DNA of 64,000 nt from Octopus vulgaris (lineage: Eukaryota). The stretch's first letter is position 1. Each line of letters begins with the position of its first letter. The stretch spans positions 94,798,001 to 94,862,000 of the forward strand of contig OX597815.1 of NCBI GenBank assembly GCA_951406725.2. Direction: 5' to 3'. Below are positions 53,739 through 64,000 of the stretch, piece by piece. The notes below the pieces were generated by a model. The model had not been told where the DNA came from. It worked only from the letters and a program-made list of their open reading frames with translations, and did not search any database. A program made the translations under genes and the position numbers.

Positions 53739-55115
53739 CAGGGGCGTGCACTCTCAGGTATGCAAGGTATGCGTTGCATGCCCTGTGATTTTTTTATCCA
53801 TATGATCGGAAAATTAGATAAAATAGTCCAGTTGTTTTCGAAATATTTTGTTTCCACTTCTCCTCTCTCACTTCTGCTTTGAGAAGTCATGCTTTGAGAA
53901 GACCAGCATGTCAAACACTCCCTCTCTGTCTCAGTTTGTCCTTCCTTCCTCTCTCTCTCTCTCTTAGTGACTTGTTTAAAAGACATGCTAAGAGGATAGG
54001 GCATTTGAAATATTTTTAACCCCTTCCTCTTTCTCATTAGTGAAATGTGTGTTATAAACGATATTTTGAGAAATAGTTTTTCGAAAAGAGACTTCGATGG
54101 AAAATAATTAATTATAAATGGTGGGAGACCAACACCGAAAAGGGCTAATGCATTAGATAACATTGTTAAAAAAAAGATTTCCGAAGGCAACAGCAATGGA
54201 ATTACTCCTCACGGCTTATTGTTACCACAAAGGAAAATTATAATTTCATAATCAGCCTTTTTGAGCACATCATTGAAAATCCTGAAGCATGGGATGATAC
54301 CACCATAAATACAGCAATTGGATTCTTACACACTTTAAAAGCTCCTGATTTCTTATATTTGTAAGAAGTATTCAGTGAGATTTTTTCTTTTACTGACGTC
54401 TTATTTAACATCCTTCAGAGTAAAAGTCATGACATAGTGTATTGTAAAGATCAAATAGATAAAACTAGAACTGTACTCGAAAACAAACTTGATAATTTTT
54501 CAATCTTTTATATGTTAGGGGGAAAATATTGAGTCGATGCAGGAATCGGAATTCAGAGATCCAAGAATATATCTATTGAGCCCCAACGACATTATAAAAT
54601 GCTTTATAACAAAATTATCAGTACAATAGTTGACCAAATAAAAGCACGATATCCTTAGAAGAGTTTAAATTCATGGAACTTTCGAATTTCAACAAATTTG
54701 ATGAGTATTGCAAACAATTTAAAAATCATGCGTACTATTTAAAAAGAGTGGTCCCGAGCATCCACGCCAGCTAGTCGTGACTAGTCGATCCTTACTTTGT
54801 GTTTTTGTGTTTTATTTACTTTGTTTAAAACATTATTTACTTTGTGTTTTTGTGTTTTATATATTTTGTTTAAAAAATTTATTTACTTTGCTAGATAGTC
54901 GTAGGATCGACTAGTCACGACTAGCCAGCGCTCTTAAATAGTACCAGGGCAACGTTTTTTTTTTAATTCTAGGTCATACGGGGATGATTGCATATTCAGA
55001 ATCCCCCATATGTAAATCGTAGGAATTCGAAAAAAATTTTACCGAAAAATTGCCGGGGGTGGGGGGCAAAGAAATTCATTGCATGCCCAACCCCGGAAGT
55101 CACCGCACGCCACTG
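53739..55115 (+). mobile_element. hAT DNA transposon, internally deleted, ZMYM-like transposase remnants
   Basis: TIRs CAGGGGCGTGC / GCACGCCACTG; remnants IINGGRPTP and FEHIIENPEAWDDTTINTAIGFL..F..IFSFTDVLFNILQSK. Confidence 0.8.
54732..54944. mobile_element. Small MITE-like foldback nested in the hAT element
   Basis: gtactatttaa..ctagtcgtgactagtcgatcc / ggatcgactagtcacgactag..ttaaatagtac. Confidence 0.65.
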
Positions 55116-55165
<50 letters not shown>

Positions 55166-55734
55166 TTACCCTTAGCGCGCACGCGCATGTGTTACCAGTA
55201 GATAGAACTATTCTCTTTACAGAAGAAAAGTATCTGAGGAACAGCATAAAATTGGTTTATGTCATAGAAAATTAAACCAAACTTACTGCATTTGCTGCTT
55301 GTGCATTAAGTAATGCATAGTATGTGTGTTGCGTGCACGTGTGAATAAATTGTGGTTTGAGTTGTTCGCGGAGATTAAGCCTTGTGCTCTGTGTATTGAG
55401 TTTATTTACACAACGAGAGTTGCGATTTGTTTTATTAAGCAAACGTCTAGGAACTTATTCACCAATTAAACACGCACAGATGTAGTCTATTCTTTTGTTT
55501 TACTGGATTTCGGCAAGGAGATGCTGGAATTACATTCCATGATGTTCATGGTATGATGGGAAACATATTCTTGGTCAGTTTACGAGACCAGTATCTGTTC
55601 ACATAAAAGTATAATTATCGCAATTGTTTCTTCAGATATCCCTCTCACACTTCTTTCCGTAAGCCGTTCCGCATATTATTCTTCCAAGCTTCTCTTGAAA
55701 TCGGGTACAAAATATACACATCTTTTGTTTTTTT

Positions 55735-56169
55735 ATCATTTATTTGTTTCAGTCAATAGATTGCTGCCATGCTGGAGCAGTTCCTTGAAGAATTTTTATT
55801 GTTGTATGGATCAACCCTAGTACTTAATTTTTTTGCTAAGCCTGGTATTTTATCGGTAACCTTTGCTGAACCCTTAAGTTACGGGGACGTAAACACACCA
55901 ACACCGGTTGTCAAGCGGTGGCTGGAGGACAAACACAGACACAAAGACGTGCGCGGGCAGACAGACAAATAGACAGACAGACAGATAGACAGACAGACAC
56001 ACACACACGACGGACTTCTTGCAGTTTCTCTTTGCGAAATCCACTCACAAGGCTTGTTCAGCCCGAGGCTATTGTAAAAGACACTTGACCAAGGTGCCAC
56101 GCAGTGAGACTGAACTCGGAACCATGTCGTAGGGAAGCAAGCTTCTTACCAGATATCCATGCCTGCGCC
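55735..56169 (-). mobile_element. SINE family 1, diverged full-length copy
   Basis: Similarity to other copies. Confidence 0.85.
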
Positions 56170-56824
56170 TATATGTTAACAATATTGCCTATAATTCAGC
56201 AGCCAGACAAGTTGTTATGACAATCCAAATGACTGTCTGCGGTAAATGCACAAAGGCGCACAAGAGATTTGTGGAGGCCCTGAAAAGAAAATTTCAGGAC
56301 ATGTTTAATAATAGGACTGAAAATTGATAGATGTTCCACCTGATCCTCAAACAAAGAAGTCGATAAACTCCTTGCCTGCTCGAAGTTGTCATCCTTTGGA
56401 CTAAATTTTGAATTTTTAAAATATCTCTAAACATGCTAAAAATTTGGTAGAATCTGGAGAGGAGAAAATTCCCCCAAAACTTTAAGAATTAAATAGATTG
56501 AAGAATAAAAGATAAATTATTTTCAGTAACAGCTTTAAATGAAAAGTTGTTTCTGCATTTACTTAATTATGTTTTCTTATTTAATATGGTACAAGTACCT
56601 GCAGGTAATTTACACAATGAGATTACGAAATTTACTATCATTGTTAAGTGTGTATCTGAAGCATATTGAACCAGATACCAGACTTCTATAAATGTATTTG
56701 TAAACAGTTTCATTTCCTACATAAAATAACTCAAATTGTGTTTTCTTAAACAGAATACGACTTCATTAAAAGTGTGGGGAATTTATAACGCCATATCAGC
56801 CAAGGCGACGCCAGGTATTCTGCT

Positions 56825-56911
<87 letters not shown>

Positions 56912-57565
56912 GCAAACACACACACACATACACTCTCACACACACACACACACAAATGCATATACAAACTCTTGCGTACTTGTGAACGTATATAATATAT
57001 CTAACGCTGTATACCTGTAACGAAGTATTCATAGACATATGATTGCATATATGCACGCATACACACATACGCACGCACACACACACACCCCTCACAAATT
57101 TTCACACAAACTTATGCTTACGTGTGCGCGTGTGTAATATACCTAACAGTGCAAATCTGTAGCAGTATTCATAGACATATGATTACATACATGCGCACAC
57201 ACAGACACACACACACACAAACAGACAGACACACACACACATACACAAGTAATTTAGTCATATGCATTTATCAGAATTAATTTTAGAATGTCGTTTCAAT
57301 GCATTTTCTAAAATATTTATTTCCTATATTTCGGTCGACAACCCTACTACTGAGCTAAACGAAAAACAATTTATCAAGGAAAGAGAAATCTTTCTTTATT
57401 TCTTTCCTTCCTTAATTTCATCACGGGGGTCTGCGAACGAATTATAGAAAATAAATCAATATTAAAACGAACTGACAGGTTTTTAAACGAAAAACAAGAA
57501 AAGAATATTTCGTTTTTGGATTTGATTTGCAAGATTCTTTATGTGAGTTCGTGTGCTGAAGCTTA

Positions 57566-57867
57566 TTCTGTTGTGTCTGGAGAGAATCATTTTCTTTTTG
57601 TTCCTTATAATTTAACACACCGGTAAAATTTTGACTTATTTTTAATTTTTATTTCCCTAAAATTTTCGTTGCGTCTTGCAACCTTTTCAATAGTCTTAAC
57701 TCAATAGCCTTGACTCAGTAGTCTTGACTCTTGAGTCAAGACTATTGAAAAGGTTGCAAGATGCAATGAAAATTTTAGGAAAATAAAGATATGAAATAAG
57801 TGGGAATTTTACCGGTGAGTGTGTTAAATTATAAGAAAGAAAATGACTCACCCCTGATACAACAGAA
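57566..57867. repeat. Long imperfect inverted repeat (~135-bp arms, short spacer)
   Basis: cctaaaattttcgttgcgtcttgcaaccttttcaatagtctt / aagactattgaaaaggttgcaagatgcaatgaaaattttagg. Confidence 0.88.
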
Positions 57868-58194
57868 GAAAAGAATAACATCATACTTTTTTTTTAATGC
57901 TTCGAAAATGTTCTATACTCAACAACAAACGTATTCATCATATACATTGGAACAAGGCATATACTGAAAAGACAATATTAATTATACAACAAATATCACT
58001 CAATAAAAAATAAGAGGTGAAATCATCGATTAATTGCGCACACGACTTAGTCCATTGCAATCAAACATTGCTGTAGCTGTTACAAAAGATTAGTAAGGAT
58101 TAAACGCATGACAAATGTCTTACGCAACAAGATGTCACGATCTATTGAGAGATTTCTAACTCCAAGCAACATCATTCGAATTTCTCACAAATTT

Positions 58195-58249
58195 AAGTTG
58201 AAATGAAATCGCTTGGAGCTGAGAGCTCCAAGCGATTTCATTTCAACTT
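58195..58249. repeat. Perfect 26-bp-arm hairpin with 3-nt loop
   Basis: aagttgaaatgaaatcgcttggagct-gag-agctccaagcgatttcatttcaactt. Confidence 0.95.
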
Positions 58250-59063
58250 TAATTTCTTTTCTTTTCTTCTAAACATCTCGATAGATTATTGAAAATATAC
58301 AGGTTTTCGAATGAAGTTGTTATAACTTTCTAAAATGCATTCTTATATTTGTTTTTAAAATTCTTCTAAAATACATCACAAAAATATTATATTGAACGAG
58401 GGAAATCTATTTAAGAAGTATAAACCACAGCAAAATACACTATCACAACATACCAGAATGAGAAAACTCAGTTTATTCACGAAAAACAACTAGAAAAAAA
58501 ACCATATATAAATCAAAGGTTTAAGCAACGGGCTGCCTCTGGAATTCGAAACCCTGTCTCCAACTGCTGTACAATAACTGCTGGACAAACACATGCGTTT
58601 TAAATAACTGAATAAGATGCGACAAGAACAATACATGCATTATTTTGTTTAAAACATCAAAACATCATAAGCGTCGAAGAAGTTATCCTCAGAAGGCTAA
58701 CGTTTTTCACAGCGTTCTATGAATTTACACAGTCTTCATTTATCCATATTTTCTCGTGAGTCTTGGACCGGCTTGTGTTAATCATCTCTCACATCCTCAC
58801 GAGATGAAGAAATGTAAAATATATCATTGTCTAGAGATATTAGACTTGATAAACGTACTTCCACGCGCATATGAAATCCAGAGATACATCATCAGACAGG
58901 CTGAATACTATTTATAAGCAGCAGCAATATACATACACACACACACACACATATATATTAGTTATCGCCAAGCTTATATGGCAGTCCATAAATATAGGAC
59001 GAAAGCTGCCGTTGATTAGCTCCAAAAGGCCATCGCTTCTAGATAGCTATATGACACACGAAC

Positions 59064-59132
<69 letters not shown>

Positions 59133-60369
59133 AGACTATTTACATCTTCAATTTTATGTATGAAGCATTTCATACAATTCACGTGGGGTTTTGTCGCCCA
59201 ACGCTTTGAATAAATTTTAATTATGACGCAGAAAAAATAATGACAACTATTTATTCATTGATAATGAAGGCATCAGTGAAAAAGAAACAAATGGTTCGCC
59301 TTTAGTAGTCTTTTAGAAAATATGATTGTGTTTTGTTATCTTTTGCACGCATCATTTGTTTTGTTTTGTCTCGGTTTGTAACAAGTTAAACAAAAACTTA
59401 TTAACCTAATTGCTCGTCACTTGAATACCTACAGTCTTTAATTACACGGAAGATATTTTCTATCAAATTATTATGAATAGTTTGAAACAAGCTACTTGTT
59501 TACTGAACTTCTTCAGAATGCTGGATTGGGCGCCAGAAGATTCGAAATAGATTTGACTGCAAATACATTGTTTTATTTCTATTACCCTATAGAAATCATA
59601 CCATATAAAATATTTACCGAAATGCGGAAACATATATATAAAAAAAAAAAACGGAATTGAAAAAAAAAGTGTGACGCAGAAAAACGATGTCAGACTCAAC
59701 ACAAGCCAAGGATGATGTGCACTGACCCTATATAAAATGTAATCAAAGTAAAGAAATTTAAACGTCTATCAGCCAGTCTGTCTCTATTTCTAGTAAATTT
59801 GTGTATTATTATGAATACTTCGCTGACTATGTATAACGATATAAGTGTCTGTTATTAACGATTCGCTTGTTACAAGAACAAAACGAAAATATATATATAT
59901 AAAAATGTTTTTACCAAATATGAAATATACGTGTGTTTTGGACATTATGAAACTAATAGCAGAGAAACATATTTGAATTTTCTTCACCTAGCTTTCTACA
60001 TCCATTTATATCTCCTTCTTTTTCCTGCTACACTGATACACACGCCTGCAAAAAAAAAAAAAAAAAAAAAAAAAAGAATACACAAACATACGCATACACA
60101 CACAAAAGCACTCCGCACACATTCGCCTCCACACGCATATATAAATGCGTGTGTATATATGCTTACGCTTCCAGTGTGGGGTGATTTTATATACATGTGT
60201 GTGTGTGCGTGTGTGTGTATACATACCTACATATGTACATGTTTCTCACTCCCTCACTCTCTCTCTCACTCTCTGTATATATACATACACACATACCTGC
60301 ATACACCACATACACACATGTTTATATATAAAATGAATGTATCTTACTCCTTGTACACATACATACATG

Positions 60370-60412
<43 letters not shown>

Positions 60413-60499
60413 TTGCATACCATACTGTCTTACTCTGAATCATTTAATTGTTTTTTATGCCGTATTTAATATATAGATTTAAAAGAAAAGTCATTATTT

Positions 60500-61600
60500 T
60501 ACATTTTATCACTTAACCTTTCATTTGAATATGTACCCCATTCGACTGTTTTCTATGGTGAGGTTAACAAAGTTGATAGTTCACTGATTACCACCCATGT
60601 GACATGTGGTTTTATATGGCAACATGGGATACGACTGGGGTGAGGTTTTTAGGTCATCAGACAAAATATATGTGTTTAGTTCTAGCCCTTTCTGATTTCC
60701 TATCTAATCTAAGTAGAATTTGTCTTTCATCCAATTTGAGCTAAGTATCGGTTGTGTAAGTGAGATTGATTCCAAAATGCAGCTGCCTAATGCATACTGG
60801 TTAGCTCTTCAGTACGTCTATAAAACCTTGTTACCGACATTCAAGATGATATTCAATATCAGCGCCCGTTGTTTCACTGATGCTGTCAAGTTAACTATGT
60901 TGGAATTACTGAAAATGGAGCAGTATTTCTTCAGAATCTCAGCCATGTCTTCTGCACCATTATGCAGAGTGTCCTCTTCATCTATCAGAGGTCCAACAGA
61001 CGAGACAACGACCATATGCTTTTTGACGAATATGAAGAACACTTTGAATTTGTCTTTTATTTTCTCAATTGGCCATTTTTCTTCTGCTCTTCATTGACTA
61101 TCGATGATAATCTTAATACTGTTTTGAAGATATTTCTGTAAAGCTGTCAATTACGGCTGTTGCAGCTAGCTATACTTTAGCCGATTGATTTTTCAACTAA
61201 TCCCTTTTATTTTTCTTCTTAGTGATCTTCTGTTACGTGGGAGCCTGTGTTTAGATTTTCTCGCGGGGAGCAGGGGAGTGTGATGTGAACATGTACTTGT
61301 GACAATGTCTGCAAATAGCTGTCAGGATGTATTGATGCTGCTTGGGTGAGAGACTGAGTGAAAGACAAATCGACGTGTGAAAGATCTGCAGTTGAAATTC
61401 ACACACCTTTCTTCAAGGTATGAGTAGACCAGTCAACACAGGAGAAATTAAAGTCACCTAATATTATAACATTATAATGAGGCAATGTTTGAAACAGAGG
61501 ATTGGCACTGTTGGATGAATGACTTAATGTTCATGAGGCAGTTTTTGAACCAAAGGATTGACACTTGGAGTTTACCTGTAGAGCCCAATTTTTGATAAAT
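60500..61600 (-). pseudogene. Decayed CR1-like ORF2 fragment (end of APE to start of RT)
   Basis: GDFNFSCVDW (~61430-61458); KIKDKFKVFFIFVKK..SSVGPL..EDMAEIL..YCSIFS. Confidence 0.7.
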
Positions 61601-62075
61601 CATTAGTTTTTTATGTCTACATATATACATGCACACATACATACAAGCGTACGTACATACAAACATACATATATCCATACACAGCGAACTTCCACCATGG
61701 GTCATCACAATTGCTTAAGGTAAAAATGAATTCCTCGCTCTTCGGAAACATCAATCTTCTGTATTGACCGCTTTCCACCACTTTGATCTGTTTTTGTATT
61801 AATACGTATCGCCACCGTGGGCACTGCATCGAACACTTTGAACATATACTTCAAACTATATATCAACTATACATGAACTATATATCAACTATACATGAAC
61901 TCTAAGATGTCTGACTCCGTTGTGTATTATAAATGAATTTCTTGTGTTTGATGGCATGAGCTGTCTCTTTTTATATAACTTTTTGATAAGGTTCATTTCA
62001 GGAACTGAAACATGTTATAATGTATATATAAAAATTAAAAATTGTATAATAACAGCATTTTCGAACTTCATTTTT

Positions 62076-62126
<51 letters not shown>

Positions 62127-63027
62127 ATCCATCTATCTCCCTCTCTCTCTCTATCTATCTATCTTTGCCCACACTAGTTATGTATATTTGAGTGAGTATA
62201 TGAGGGTTTGCATGAAAGATTGTAAAAATGAGTATGCGTTAGTAAACAGGTGACTGTAATAAAGTAAACAAGTGAATTGTAGAATTTAGTTGTATACATC
62301 TGTTTTACAACTATCTTCCTCTCTCCTCTCTCCCTCTACCTCTAAATATATACATGTATGTATATATTTTATACTTATATCCATATATATGTATGAGTTA
62401 TATACATACATATTTGTTATATCGTTCCCTTGGTTAAGTCTCTGAGTTAAGTCCCTGTATGTATTCACTTATTCTTCATAGGTTCCATTATAATACATAC
62501 AATATACATATATTTATAAATTACGCCTACTTATTAGATGGTCAGTATATTATTTTACCTTACATTACTTGTTCGACTTATTTCCTATTTCTGCCCCAAA
62601 TAAATTTATTTTAAGTTTTCCTATTTGCCAAAATTGATGTTATTATCACTATAAATATATTATCTTATACTATATTTTTTAAATCACTTCTATTCATTTT
62701 TGTCTGCTGTCATAATTTCATATCTGCGAATAGAAAAAAACGACCATTAATATAAAAATTATTTTTGAGGAAATCGAATAATAACAAATTTGCAAGTGAA
62801 ATAGTCATTTGAGAATATAAAGAACTTATAGTAAAATATATTATTAAACATGCTTGAATCCTCTTATGTTTAAATACATTTGTCGTCTGATAGATTTATT
62901 TGTTCTCAGCCTAACGTGTTTTATTTTCAAACTGTAATAATGTTATAAATTTATCCAATATATCTAAATGTCTTTGTATATATTCGTATTGAGGAAAAAC
63001 CATCAATTGAATTGAGATATACATAAT

Positions 63028-63078
<51 letters not shown>

Positions 63079-63624
63079 CGATTATATATACACGCACGCT
63101 CACGCAGATTCATGTACTCTTATTTGACGCTGGAATATTTTTGGTTATAAGTCTGCTTGCTCTGAGCTCTTTTTCAGAATAGAAAATACCAGAAGCAGCA
63201 CGGAAAAATCAAAAACAACATTAAACCAGATGACAGCAACATTGGCCAGTGAAAGAGGAAGCTTCCAGGTAATCGACCGGCCTACAAGAAAAAGCAGTCA
63301 AACTTGACAGGCGATTTGCAGTATAGGCGACTCGTCAGACTGAAACCGCTCTCTACAACAGGTGGAAGAAATAGGTAACGGTCAGTTGCATTTGTAAATA
63401 AAAAATAATTGTCCGTGATGCGGGTGGACGAGGTTATCTCCTTACACCGGCTCCGGCCATGGTGATGCTCGAAAGAGCTGCGGAAGAACTATTCAACGAA
63501 TGGGGAATTTCAAAATCTGAAGTAGGAAACGTTTTAGATAAGGTCATTGACTAAATACTTCTTTCCTGGAGTTTAAGAATGTACCCAAGTCGAGCGAGTT
63601 GTTTTTAGGATTCTTGTTCTCTAA

Positions 63625-63827
<203 letters not shown>

Positions 63828-64000
63828 CAATCGGGCACCAGCATTGAGGGTTGATGCCTGATTTCACTGCAGCAGAATAGTCTTGGTGAAAGGTCATGAG
63901 TATAAAACCAAAAGTTTTGGCACTTTTTATTGAATGTAATGACATACCTCTGTTTGTTTTGAATCGCTATCATTGTTGCAACGACGAAAGTGTTTTAGTT

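Noticed and set aside
63310-63345. CTGACGA on the minus strand
   Set aside because: No correctly placed GAAA or stems.

Overview
AT-rich eukaryotic genomic DNA that is almost entirely repeat-derived. The abundant tRNA-headed SINE family and dense (TA)n/(CA)n/(TACA)n/(TCTA)n/(AAT)n microsatellites resemble an Octopus (cephalopod) genome; this assignment comes from recognition, not a search. I found no convincing host gene, and most ORFs in the track are microsatellite artefacts. Recognisable elements are a young 5'-truncated CR1-like LINE with an open RT frame, R4/Dong-type LINEs in (AAT)n, a deleted Gypsy LTR element, Tc1, pogo (with PHD finger), hAT and Helitron elements, and many SINE copies. 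The most notable signal is a set of short non-coding elements from at least four unrelated families, mostly embedded in (TA)n tracts, that carry minimal type I hammerhead ribozyme folds with palindromic stem III. One is a 500-bp head-to-tail tandem with a ribozyme in each unit (retrozyme/Penelope-like architecture). A heavily decayed protein-primed DNA polymerase (Maverick/Polinton-like) relic may underlie the first 5 kb.
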